64,000 nucleotides of DNA from assembly GCA_964270895.1 (NCBI GenBank), contig OZ185446.1; one strand, given 5' to 3'. The DNA is from Podarcis filfolensis (taxonomy: Eukaryota). The notes under the pieces were generated by a model that was not told where the DNA came from, made no database searches, and saw nothing but the letters and a program-made list of their open reading frames with translations. The translations under genes were made by a program, and so were the position numbers. The number at the start of each line of letters is the position of its first letter. Position 1 is the stretch's first letter. Shown one piece after another: positions 24,898 to 37,211 of this stretch.

Positions 24898-27800
24898 CTT
24901 TGCAAATGCAAAATATGCACAGAAGTTTTAAATTCAATGCATGCAGAACATTATGTTTTGTGCATGTTAAACGTTTAACAGCAGGGAGAGGTTTAAGCAG
25001 TCTTGCCCCACACGGCTGTTTCTCCAGTTTGAACTCTGTGAAGAGTTCTAGCAGCCTTTGTTGGTTCAGGAAGCAGGAGCCAATATCTGTCTTGTTTGGT
25101 TGTAAGTCGCTTCAGGTTGCCTTAGGCAAGATAAAGTGACAAACAAATTTAATAAATAATAATCATTGTGGGGTCCGTGCTTTGAACCCACTGGAACCTG
25201 GCAGACTGTGCCAGGTGGAGGGGAAGGAATTACATTTACCCGCCAGCTATGCATTATGGCCTGATATCTCTGAAACAGAAACCTATCTAAAAAAGACAAT
25301 ATCCAGACCACCCAGTGTAACAGATAATATGAACTACACATTCGTTACATCACCTGCCGGTCATCTTAAAAGGCCCTGAGGCTATATTTCTTTCTAGCTG
25401 TCCATACACAAAAATTTACAGGCCATGGAATGGACAACAAGTTATTATGGATTTTTAAACCCCTGGGTGTTGTTCAGATCCATTGCACCCAACAGGATTT
25501 GGCCAGTGGTGTGGAACAGGAATTGCACCTTTTAATAATACTTTATCTTAAATTACTTTGCTCTGTACCTTAGTTTCAAGCGAATATTTACTCTCACCCA
25601 GAATCTGAAGTGGGGTTTTTTGTGGGTTTTTTTTTTTTTTTTTTTGAGGAATGCACCGAGGACTTCTAAATGAATCATCAGAGAGACTATTTTTAAAAGC
25701 GCAACAACAGGTATTACAACCATCCTACTGGAACTAAAAATATTCCTTATTAAATGCAGCTTCTTCCTTCTACTTTTCCTTTTTGTTACACTTGGTGTCA
25801 CATCTATATAATACCAATTAAGGATGACTCAGAGAAAAAAGGATTAAAAATATTGCTATGAAAGCTGTATTGTGTGTGGGACGGGGGAGGGAAATACCAA
25901 CTACCTTGCACTTTCAAAAAGTATTTAGGCAACAATATTGATTCATGGGTTGTTCATCAGGCGATGATGATGTGCTGGAATCAGTAGGGCTATTGACAGT
26001 GCAGTTCCACATATGTCTACTCAGCCGTAAGTCCCGTCAAATCCAATAGGGCTTGCTCCCAGGTAAATGGATGGAAAAATGCAGCCTTAATGTAGATTTT
26101 AGTAAAAAGCTTATTGAGGCTGTAATCAAACAGCTAAGGGGTGGCTCAGAAAAAGGTAAGAGAGTGACAGGAAAAATGAATGGAAGAAAAAAGGGGAACC
26201 CCAGTCACCTTTTGCTCTGGCTCCACCCACTTTTGACTCTGGGCCCTGAGGAACTTTTCCCAAACACCCCTTCCTAATGTAACACTAATGTCTCAACAAA
26301 TGAAACGGATCTGTAGAAAATGTAACTTGAAAAAAGAGAGATGGCACATACTTTTGTAAACCAAGAAATCTTTAATAAAAATACATATATATATTTTAAA
26401 AAAGAAAAATATACGGTATATTTCCCACCGCTGTAATACAGTTAACTAGAAATAAACCATGTTGAACTCAGCAAGACTTACTTCTGAGTAGAGCTGCACA
26501 GGATTGCACTGCTAATTTTTCATTTTAATGTTCAAATGGCACACTGGGAAATCAGTGCAGCTGGGTGGGTGGTCAAGGGTAGAAGAGGCTCCCCGACTGC
26601 TCTTACAGTTCCTTTTTATACACTAAGAAGGTAATACAAATGACTTGTCCACACTGGAGCAAAAAGTAGACCCCCTTCACTGTGCTGTCCCAAACCTTTA
26701 GGAGTATTTTGATCCCTGGAAAGTCTGGAATGGCCAGGATTGAGCTTCAAAGCAGGAAAGGTCTGGGATTACACTGGAATGGGGAGAACATCCTATGGAG
26801 TTCTCTGCATCAACAGCTGGCGTAATCTGGTGTGGACAAGCCCAAACACCAGAAGATAAGGGACATTTATTGGACTGTAATGTACTCTTGCTGCTTTTAT
26901 GGGGGAAATTGCTGCTCTGTGGATTTCTCGTTATTCCTTATACTCTGTTTTTAGTCTGCCTTTGTTGTTTTATCCCCTGGACAGTTTTTATTATTATTCT
27001 TCTGGTGATTTTGATAATCTTTTTAAAAATTTTGTACAATATCTTGTCTTAATTCAAACTCGTGTGAGACTGCAAAGTGGGATAACAAGACTTTCAATAT
27101 ATGTTAAAGTAACAAACATTACTGGGAGGGGGGCAATGATTATTTGTTTATTTTATATTTTATATTTATTGCATTTCTACCCCACCCCTCCTCCCAGGGA
27201 GCCCAGGAGCTTAAGGATTTCACTCAAAGGGAACCAAGTTGCAGGTGTTGGGGAAGAGAAAGTGATTCTTTATTGTTTTCTGCCAGGTGTTCATATCTCT
27301 GCTCCAACTGTGATTATCCCAAATTTCCCATTCAGCAGTGGGGGGGGGAGGGGGACCCTCTTCCTTCGATGCAATGTTGGCAATGAAGTACACTTTATTC
27401 ATCATCACTGCCACATGGCAGGCATGAGAATGTGTTCTCACCCATGTTTGGTCAAGTTCAAACTAGGATATCTGGAAGCAGAGCACAACATTTTTGCAAC
27501 ATGATTACGGCACAAAAAGAAGCCATGGAAAAACCAGGGATGAGTTATACAACCTCAGGAGTCTCAATGAGGACAGCAGTGTTCAATATAAAAGGCAAGA
27601 AATTTGCTTATATGAAGTGTATGCTGCATTTAACAGCCACACCCAACATTTATACTCCCATCATTTGCATACATATAAAGGTATACCATCTCCCCATACA
27701 TTCACATTCACCACTCATATCTTTCATCCCCACAAGCCACTCACACACCTTATTCAAACACTTCCCTGCATTTCTTCCTATCAATAGCTCATTGCACTTC

Positions 27801-29154
27801 TCTCCCTAGGCTCCTTTCCCAGACAGTTTAAATTTGTAGTAATTAGAATGTTCAAGACCTTCTGTGACATCAGAGCACTTCAGCCAATGAATGTCAGGTG
27901 GTGGTGGGTCATTGCTTTGCCCTGTGGATCTAGCAGCTCAGCCCAGGTGAGCTCAGAGATTGAAGTAGGGGCCAGGTGCCACTCTTGCACAGACACACGC
28001 TGGTGGAGACACAGAGAGGGACAAATCGAGGGACACAGCACCTCTTCACCTGTTCCATGTGGGAGGAGCTCTATCACTCCTTCTCCACTCACCAAATGAT
28101 CAACCTGATGAACAGGGAGTACACTGGACGTTTCCCAACACAGCTTTATTTATTTTATTTTATTTGCCAGTCCTGATGCAACTGGTGAGCAGGGGTTAGA
28201 AATATTTGCTTGGAGGAGGCTGATGAGACCCCTAAAATGGGTCCTTTGGCCTCATCCACAATAATATTTGGTATGTATCTCCTTTCTGGTTATATTGCTG
28301 GAGAGGACCTTTGTTTCTGCTATTCAGCCAACCACAATGACTGACGTCATGCTCCATTGCCTTCCGTATCAGACATGTCTCCTACACCTTCACACCACAC
28401 TTTTTATGGCTTTTGTAACCACCCAGCTTTTAAGATCATTCTTTCCACCCCCTTTACTGAGGGACAATGTGTGCTGAGAGGAAGAGATAAAAAAATGTAG
28501 CGGATCTGGCATCTTTATCCCTGTGGAATAAGCCACAGCTGGTCTACACCTGTATGTTCAAAACACTGTGAATGCAAATAGGGATATTTCTTTTAAGAGT
28601 GTCTGTGATATATGTATAACACAGAGAGTTTGAGGATGAGTCCCGTTTTGTTTTGAGATTGCTGCTTCTTACAGACGACAAAATAAGTCCATTGGTCATT
28701 TGTATGTGCTATTTCTGTTACATTTTCCATAGACTAAAACATTTGCTCTTTGTAATAATTTAGTATAGACAACTTTCCCCTTAAGTGCCGAGGTCTCTAA
28801 AAATAAATGGACCAAGGGTGGTCTCAATATGCCCCCTTCTCTTTTTGCAGGGCTATTCTCCCACAAAAGTGTGTAAATTCATTTTCAGAGAATTGGGGTG
28901 GGTTGGGAGAGATGGAGAGAAATTTCTTATATTTTTATGAAAGGCTTACCTTCACAAAAGAGGGGTGCATTTGGGAACTGTTAGCCAAGGTTCTTTCCCC
29001 TGGCCACCCTCTCCCTCAAGTGGCAGAATAATTGCCAGGGGAGTTCTTGGCTTTAAAGGGGGACTGCTGAGGACGTCCCATTAACATCATGGTGCAGAGT
29101 CATTTGCCCATTTTCCGTTAGGAATGTTGCCTCACCCTGGTCAGGCTTAAGAAG

Positions 29155-29159
<5 letters not shown>

Positions 29160-29202
<43 letters not shown>
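29160..29202. repeat. (AT)n microsatellite forming the tail of the adjacent L2
   Basis: Direct reading; abuts the L2 3' end. Confidence 0.97.
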
Positions 29203-29205
<3 letters not shown>

Positions 29206-30105
29206 GCCCATCTGGCTGGGCTTCCCCAGTCACTCTGGGTGGCTTCCAACAAAATATTAAAATACCATAATACATGAAACATTAAAAGCTTCCCTAAACA
29301 GGGCTGCCTTCAGATGTCTTCTAAAAGTCTGCTAGTTGTTTTTCTCTTCGACATCTGGTGGGAGGGCGTTCCACAGGGCGGGTGCCACTACCGAGAAGGC
29401 CCTCTGTCTAGTTCCCTGTAACTTGGCTTCTCGCAGTGAGGGAACCGCCAGAAGGCCCCCAGCACTGGACCTCAGTGTCCGGATGGAACAATGGGGGTGG
29501 AGACTCTCCTTCAGATATACTGGGCCGAAGCCATTTAGGGCTTTAAAGGTCAGCACCAACACTTTGAATTGTGCTCGGAAACATACTGGGAGCCAATGCA
29601 GATCTCTCAGGACTGGTGTTATGTGGTCTCAGTGGCCGCTCCTAGTCAATAGTCTAGCTGCCGCATTCTGGATTAGTTGTAGTTTCCGGGTCACCTTCCG
29701 GGTCGCCCCATGTAGAGCACATTGCAGTAGTCCAAGCAGGAGATAACCAGAGCATGCACCACTCTAGCAAGGCAGTCCGCAGGCACGTAGGGTCTCAGTC
29801 TGCGTACCAGATGGAGCTGGTAAACAGCTGCCCTGGACACAGAATTGGCCTGTGCCTCCATAGACAGCTGTGAGTCCAAAATGACTCCCAGGCTGTGCAC
29901 CTGGTCCTTCAGGGGCACAGTTACCCCATTCAGGACCAGAGGTCCTCCACACCCACCTGCCTCCTGTCCCCCCAAAACAGTACTTTTGTCTTGTCAGGAT
30001 TCAACCTCAATCTGTTAGCCGCCATCCATCCTCCAACCGCCTCCAGACACTCACACAGGACCTTCACCGCCTTCACTGGTTCTGATTTAAAAGAGAGGTA
30101 GAGCT
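29200..30105 (-). mobile_element. L2 LINE, 5'-truncated, young lacertid family
   Basis: ORFs 29691-29975 (SLGVILDSQLSMEAQ...HALVISCLDYCN) and 29332-29562 (LVLTFKALNG...RAFSVVAPALWNALP) match an L2 ORF2 C-terminus; family 3'UTR is present. Confidence 0.92.
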
Positions 30106-30293
30106 CCTAACCCCTGAACATCACCCCAAAAATCTTTCAAAATGAAATATGGACTGGGTCCCTCTGAATCTCCCTTCACATAAAAAAAGCTAGGATGTCA
30201 AGAGGAAGGTCTGAGTCTAGCTTTCTCCACATGTTAGTTTTCTATAGGGGCATTCAAACATTTCATACCACGTGGGTTCTCTAGATGTGTAGA

Positions 30294-30600
30294 TAAGAAC
30301 ATAAATAAAGCATGCAAGACCAGGCCGATGGACCACCTAGTCCAGCATCCTGTTCTCACATTCTGTTCTGGGAAACCCACCAGCGGGATTTGAGCCCAAG
30401 AGGGCTCCTCCTTCCTCAGGTATCCAGGACCTCCTATTCAGAAGAATTATTGCCTCTGACTGTGAAGGCAGAGCAGAGCCATCAGGGCTACTGCCATTAA
30501 TAGCCTTATCCTCCATGAAATTGTCCCCTTTTAAAGCCATCCAAGTTGGTGCCCATCACTACCTCCTGTGGAAGTGAGGTCCATAGTTTAACTCTCCATG
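30294..30600 (-). mobile_element. Old CR1 LINE 3' end
   Basis: TAAGAACATAA tail and ...CCTAGTCCAGCATCCTGTT...AGCCATCCAAGTTGG...CATAGTTTAACT; reverse of the family at 19340-19698. Confidence 0.75.
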
Positions 30601-30643
30601 GCTACAGCCTTGAATTTCACCAGAAAGCTAATAACACTGAATA

Positions 30644-30880
30644 CAGTGGTACCTCGGGTTACATACGCTTCAGGTTACATACGCTTCAGGTTACAGACTC
30701 TGCTAACCCAGAAATAGTACCTCAGGCTAAGAACTTTGCTTCAGGATGAGAAATTGTGCTCCGGCGGCGTGGCGGCAGCAGGAGGCCCCATTAGCTAAAG
30801 TGGTGCTTCAGGTTAAGAACAGTTTCAGGTTAAGAACAGACCTCCGGAACGAATTACGTACTTAATCCAAGGTAGCACTG
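30644..30880 (-). mobile_element. Tigger-like MITE, ~240 bp
   Basis: TIRs and TA TSD. Confidence 0.93.
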
Positions 30881-32954
30881 TAGTGAGTTGACATGCTGCA
30901 AATTCTCTGGACCATTATACAATAGACACCATGAACTGTTGGGAAATATTGCTCAAGGTTTGCAGTGGCAGATTGAAACATGCTTATTCCAATAAATGCT
31001 ACACTATGAAAGCTAGAGGTGGATGATAGTCCCCCAGACTAATTTTGGATTAGGATTAAAAATGATGAACAAAAACTCTGGAAGCTCCCTCCTCTCTGAA
31101 GGATGGGATAAGTAAATAATGAATAGCATTTGTTCCTATTGACTGAGTTGGTTCTGCTGTAACTCTTCTCAGCAGCCTTGAAAATTTCACTCCAAACTTT
31201 TAAAATGCCCTGCATTTACATACTAACAGAAAGAAGGAAACCACTGTCCTAGATGTTGCTTTTTGTTAGTTCTCTCTGATGTCAGCTGTTCTTCCTGCAG
31301 AAAAGCAGTCACAGTCAGGGAGAACAAGGAAGGAAAACAGCCAGAACTACCATGTTCTTATTGCCCCATTAGAGGAAAATGCAAAACTGCAGTGCTAGGG
31401 GGTTGGCTTAGAAACCCTGAGCGAGGAAGACCAAGAGGAAGCACTTCTGCCTGGGAAGCCTAGAGTGCCTCTGGAAATGAGGGGCTCCTGCAGGTACACA
31501 TAGGTTTGCATGTAGTACATCCTTAAGAAGTAATTGTATTTCATGCCCTTGAAATTATAAACTGGAGTCAGGAAAGAGGCAACAATTTTTTTTTCCATTT
31601 TAGCCTGTGGTCACTTGTCCAATTTTCCCATTAAAAATAATTTTGACGAATTGTCTTCATTTGTTACAGTTGTCACAGCATATATTTTTTTCAGACTTGA
31701 AATGTGTTAGCATGATTGTAAGTAGAGATCAGAGGAATGAATTCTTACATTTGAATAGTGCTTTTTAAAAAAGCACCTATAATTTTTCACTTCCACTTGT
31801 CAATCTACTGAGGGGGGAAAGGCATACCACCAGAGAGATGGAAACCCCCGTGCTGAATTACAAGATGTAGGTCAATTTTGCCCCAGTTTTGTAAACAAGG
31901 CCATTTTAAAAATATTTGGCAGAATTTACTTATGTGGTCCGTCAAATATGTAAACCAGGAGGATGCAGGGGAGGAACTAATTATCTCAGTCGCTGGACGA
32001 TGTTGTTTCATGCTTTTTGGAACAACATGCATGCAAAATGAGTTACCACAATGTGAGCAAAAACAAGTGTGTGGAAGATATGCTTTCACTTTCATGGTAA
32101 TTTTACTACTGAGCTGCTTGCTACTTTAGGTATGCCACTCTCCATCCTCCGTCTCCTTTGGCAAGCGAACCCTCTTGCCTTTAATTAGAGAGATTTATGA
32201 ATGAGACGGTGCGGAGAGAAGGCTTGTGGTGTGTGGCATGGCTCACCAAGGCTCAGCCCTAGAACCTGGTCCCTTCTCAAATCTGTGATATAATAAAGTG
32301 CATGTGCAAATCTAAGCATGTGCAAAGTGCATTTATCCCACCCCTGAGTAGCTGCATGTTTAAAGTTAGGAGCATGAGAACATAGTCCTACATAGTGTGA
32401 TGATCACATCTAAAATCTACTAGTTCAACAATTTGCTTAATCTAGCGTAATCTTAAACAGACTTCATAAGAGTTGTCAATCCTTGCCACTTGTCAAATAT
32501 ATAGAGTTTATTAGAGCTTAGCTGAAAGCTTGGGGTTTTTTTTACTACTGTAGTGGCTTAAGGGTGGGGATCATTGGGAGTTTGTTTCTTGAAGCCATCC
32601 TTTTGCTTCCCTTTTCAATGCTGCCACCACCCATTTTACAGTCCCAATGGTCACAGTTGCTGCTGATGCCAGATAGGGTTTCACCCACAAGTCTCCTGTT
32701 ATCATGAAGCCAAATCAGAGTGAAAGCAATGCTTACTGCCCTCACAACTTTGCAGCTTGAGAAAAGTGTGGTGGAGTTGGGGATTTCAGCTCAATGTTCC
32801 CACTTGTTTTTGACGTCAGACCCCAGTAGTTGCTTCTCATTTCCTGATGACAACTTACTCCGATAAAATAGGAGCAACTTTATACATTTCAGTTGCTACA
32901 GGGAGTAGCAGTGCGGATCTGAGAGCCCTGACTGGGTCCAGGTTCCCCCTTATA

Positions 32955-32957
<3 letters not shown>

Positions 32958-32999
<42 letters not shown>

Positions 33000-33145
33000 T
33001 TATTATTTATACCCCGCCCATCTGGCTGGGCCTCCCCAGCCACTCTGGGCGGCTTCCATAGAAACCAAAAAGACAGTAAAATATCACACGTTAAAAACTT
33101 CCCTGAACAGGGCTGCCTTAAGATGTCTTCTGAATGTCAGGTAGT
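32958..33145 (-). mobile_element. L2 3' end with (AAT)n tail
   Basis: (AAT)n at 32958-33000, then CCCCGCCCATCTGGCTGGG...CTTCCCTGAACAGGGCTGCCTT; same family as 29200. Confidence 0.9.
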
Positions 33146-33755
33146 AGGAACACATGGGTGTTCAAGGTTGCAAGCACACGTCCCACACCAGTGTTTTCTG
33201 CAGCAATTGTAATGGCTATTGCTGCTCTAGGTCAATGCCGAATGCAGCTATCAAGACAGAGAGAGTTTCCACATACCATGAATTCAGCCCAGAGGAGCTG
33301 TTGGTTTGGTGAAGGGATCACTAACTAGGGCAAATCTCGTAAGGGCTGTTGGTGTATTCATTTGTTCCCATTCGCACTGCAAACCCATGGGTCACATAGC
33401 TGGAAAGAAAAGCCTTGAGTCCTACTTTTCTTTGTTTATCCCATTCTATTTTGCACTGGGCAGCTTACGAGAAAATAAATGAGAAAGCTTGCGCTGCAGG
33501 GAAAGTTCGTATCTGTGTTTGACATCCTTATTCATTGTTCGGGTTAAAAATAATTAAGACGTGTCACTCAATCTATGCCAACAGCTACGATGTTTATAAA
33601 AGCACCAGCTTTTTCTCACTCCATATCACTTAAAGCCATTAGGATTTGTCAAATACAACTGCAACAGAAATGTAGACCTTGTGAGGCCCAATTAAAGAAA
33701 CAGTTTTACATTTTGAACCATCTTTTCTACTTAAAACCCTTTATTTGAATGCCAT

Positions 33756-33860
33756 TTAGAACACTGCATAGAAGATGATGGTTGCAGTCATGAGCAGCGT
33801 TGAATATTTGTCGAGATTCTGGGAACATGCCGAGAGGCGAGCTCTGCTCACAGGATGCTC
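33756..33860 (-). CDS. Candidate terminal exon (EHPVSRARLSACSQNLDKYSTLLMTATIIFYAVF*)
   Basis: Very long polypyrimidine acceptor, retained CpGs, AATAAA at 33740-33745 just after the stop. Confidence 0.2.
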   Translation of the reverse strand, partial: EHPVSRARLSACSQNLDKYSTLLMTATIIFYAVF

Positions 33861-34404
33861 CTGACAGCAAAAAGAAGAGGAGGAAAGAGGAGGGACTTTC
33901 ACCAATCTCCCATTCACACTGCATCCCCTTTGCCTGCAGAAGATCTGCTCGGGGAGGTGGCAGGATCCTCCAGAGCAGCAGGACAGGCAGCATAGGGTGC
34001 TGCGGGAGGAAAAGAAGAGCAGTGGAAGTGCTGCCATGGACTCAGACTGGCGCCTCTGCTGGTTCTCAGTTCCCACTGTAAATAGGAGAGTCCTTCCATT
34101 AGTATAGGGCTTGTTAGGATCCAGACCATCATCTCTTATCTACCTTCTTCCATCAGGGTCTGGTGCACATTCTTCTGTGAAGTAACTTGGTTACTTATGG
34201 AAAAGCCCTTCTTAAAGCCCAAAATCTTCCTGATGCGGCGCATGTGGAAGGCATTGAGGTGTCTCTCCTGGCAGGTATACTTTGCCCACCTCTCACTACC
34301 AAGCCTGGTAGACCTTCATCTTGGCATCACATTCTCCCAAACTCTTTTGCACAAAAGGTAGCTATTTGCACAATGAATGTGGAGGGTTGGTGTCCCCCCC
34401 GCCT

Positions 34405-34412
<8 letters not shown>

Positions 34413-34450
<38 letters not shown>
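34413..34450. repeat. (CT)n microsatellite
   Basis: Direct reading of the sequence. Confidence 0.97.
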
Positions 34451-34453
<3 letters not shown>

Positions 34454-34667
34454 AAAATTGCTAGCTTCTTGCAAAAATCAAACTGGGGAATATTCAACAC
34501 AGACCCAGCTTTCTATTCCTTCTTACAAGAAAATGATCAGAAAAATAGTCCAGACACTGAAGACATTGATGACAACAAAAGATTATAGGGATTCCATAGC
34601 ACTTGGCAGGTGATTTACATGCTCCAATCTCATGGATTTGCAGGCATAGAAATCTGTTCTGTAGTTT

Positions 34668-34812
34668 GTGTGTGTGTACACACACACACACACACACACA
34701 CATGCACACAGTACATTAATACATGAAAGATAGCTATCTGAAAGATAGCTTTAGAGTATTGGAACTGCAAAACAAATTCCAGAAAGGACAGATCAATTTC
34801 CCCCATATATGG

Positions 34813-34850
<38 letters not shown>
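34668..34850. repeat. Two (CA)n microsatellites (about 34678-34701 and 34816-34848)
   Basis: Direct reading of the sequence. Confidence 0.95.
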
Positions 34851-35331
34851 TCACACATGTCTGAATAAAAACTACGAGAACAATGCATAATCTTTACTGT
34901 AATGTGTTGCTATCAGCACAATTTATGCTTTGGGCATAAATATAGCTTATTGGTAGGGGAATGGACAACCTCAGGTCTTGGGCTGAGTATTCCCCCTTTC
35001 CTCTCTTCCTCCAGGGCAGCAGCAGTGAGGTTGGAAACTTCCTGGTTAAACTAGTCATGGTGTGCTGTTGTTACATCTGAACCAGTACCAACAGTTAGTT
35101 AAAACTATGTTGTTGTTTTAATACAAGCAGTGATGGTGCCTGCATCACACCATGCCCCCTGCTACCCTACCCTCTCCCTGTTGGTAAATGTCAGCAGCAC
35201 ATGGCATTGGGAAGCTAGGTCAGCAATGCAGCCCCACCAGCCAATAGCTATTAGAAACAAGTCAAGATCAGAAACCATGGTTTGATGGTACAGAAGTTGC
35301 CTCAAAACAGGGACCTTAGGTTAAAAGGTAT

Positions 35332-35824
35332 GGCCTGAAATCGAGATGAGCGCCGCACCCCATAGTCACCTTTGACTGGACTTAGGCTGGACCATAAAGA
35401 AGGCTGATCGCCAAAGAATTGATGCTTTTGAATTATGGTGCTGGAGGAGACTCTTGAGAGTCCCATGGACTGCAAGAAGATCAAACCTATCCATCCTTAA
35501 GGAAATCAGCCCTGAGTGCTCACTGGAAGGACAGATCCTGAAGCTGAGGCTCCAAGACTTTGGCCACCTCATGAGAAGAGAAGACTCCCTGGAAAAGACC
35601 CTGATGTTGGGAAAGATGGAGGGCACAAGGAGAAGGGGAGGACAGAGGACGAGATGGTTGGACAGTGTTCTCGAAGCTACCAGCATGAGTTTGACCAAAC
35701 TGTGGGAGGCAGTGGAAGACAGGAGTGCCTGGCGTGCTCTGGTCCATGGGGTCACGAAGAGTCGGACACGACTAAACGATTAAACAACAAGAACAACAAC
35801 CGCCATGGGGTCTTTTACCTTTAC
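35332..35824 (+). mobile_element. Sauria SINE 3' remnant (35332-35384 + 35801-35824) split by Bov-B
   Basis: GAGATGAGCGCCGCACCCCATAGTC...GACTGGACTTA resumes after Bov-B as CGCCATGGGGTCTTTTACCTTTAC. Confidence 0.75.
35385..35800 (+). mobile_element. Bov-B (RTE) LINE 3' end
   Basis: Translates WTIKKADRQRIDAFELWCWRRLLRVPWTARRSN...EKTLMLGKMEGTRRRG...RTRLND*; (AAC)n tail. Confidence 0.95.
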
Positions 35825-35898
35825 TTATAACAACACATTGCTATTCTATCATTCATATTAGAGCCTTAAAACCAAAAGATAGCATGTAGACAATTTGA

Positions 35899-36220
35899 TA
35901 TCTGAAGGGCTGTCACATGGCAGATGGAGGAAACTTGTTTTCTTCTGCTCTGGAGGGTAGGACCCAAAACAATGGTTTCAAGTTGCAAGAATGAGATTCT
36001 AACTAAGCATCAGGAATAACTTTCTGACAGTAAGAGCCGTATGGCAGTGGAATGAACTCCTTGTGGACTCTCCTTCCTTGGAGATTCTTAAGCAAAGGTT
36101 GAATGGCCTTCTGTCATGGATGCTTCAGCTGAGATTCCTGCATTGCAGGGGGATGGACTGGGTTGGACAGTGACCCTACAGGTCCCTTCCAACACTACAG
36201 TTCTTTGATTCTATGATTCT
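35899..36220 (+). mobile_element. CR1 LINE 3' end
   Basis: ...AATGGTTTCAAGTTGCAAGAA...TTTCTGACAGTAAGAGC...CCCTTCCAAC...ATTCTATGATTCT tail. Confidence 0.85.
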
Positions 36221-36977
36221 TTGATGTGTGATGTTATAACACCGAAGAAGAAACAACCTTAAATTGGAGAAACAGGTCATTTTACAATGAGACGGAGCCT
36301 TAGGTTTACACGTTGATAAAAACAGACGGTGGGCATTAGCTGAAGTATTTTTTATGCTTGAAAATGTAAGTGTATCGTGCCCACATTTGCAGAGAAACAG
36401 CAGGAGTCAGTGAATCATGCAGCATTTTAATTAACACACCCCCCAGAAGCAAGATGTATTCAGCATCAACGTGGGTCTCTCCAGAGGGCTCTCAAAACTC
36501 TGATGACGAGTGGCATGGGTTACTCATGCCTCTGTTTGCCCATCATGCAGCCATGGTTGATTAGCAAGCATTTAAAGTGAGGCACGGATAATTTTTGATG
36601 ACTCATCCAAAACTCTCCGTCTCCAGTCTATTTGTCATTATAGAATCTCTGCTATTAACAATGTTTTATAAGGGCTTTTGGGGACAGTGTTTTGCTGATT
36701 CTGTCCCAGAAGGAAAATACCAGAAAGAACTGAGGGATTCTTGAGGAGGAACTTCCTGCTTTCTCCAAAGAAGCACACAGTCTCCATGAATTGAATGAAA
36801 GGTTCAGAAAGAGAAAGTTGTCAGATCAAATTGCCTTTGCAGAATTAGTACAGAAATGAAACCCTATTATAAATGTCTAAATGTGCATTGCTCTTAGTTT
36901 AAAGAGAGATGGGGAAAAGGTACACTGTTTAGTCCGCAGTTAAGTAAAGCGGGGAAGTCACAAGGCTGTCAGGTATA

Positions 36978-37211
36978 CAGTGGTACCTTGGGTTACAGAC
37001 ACTTCAGGTTACATATGCTTCAGGTTACAGACTCCGCTAACCCAGGAATAGTACCTTGGGTTAAGAACTTTGCTTCAGGATGAGAACAGAAATCGTGTAG
37101 CGGCAGCAGCAAGAGGCCCCATTAGCTAAAGTGGTACCTCAGGTTAAGAACAGTTTCAGGTTAAGAATGGACCTCCAGAACGAATTAAGTTCTTAACCCA
37201 AGGTACCACTG
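36978..37211 (-). mobile_element. Tigger-like MITE, ~240 bp
   Basis: TIRs and TA TSD. Confidence 0.93.

Noticed and set aside
26899-27504. 201-aa ORF
   Set aside because: Low-complexity T-rich sequence with a non-ATG-dependent length; no recognisable domain.
33862-33864. In-frame TGA in LTGCS*QQKEEE as possible selenocysteine
   Set aside because: Does not match any selenoprotein motif I know; no SECIS identified.
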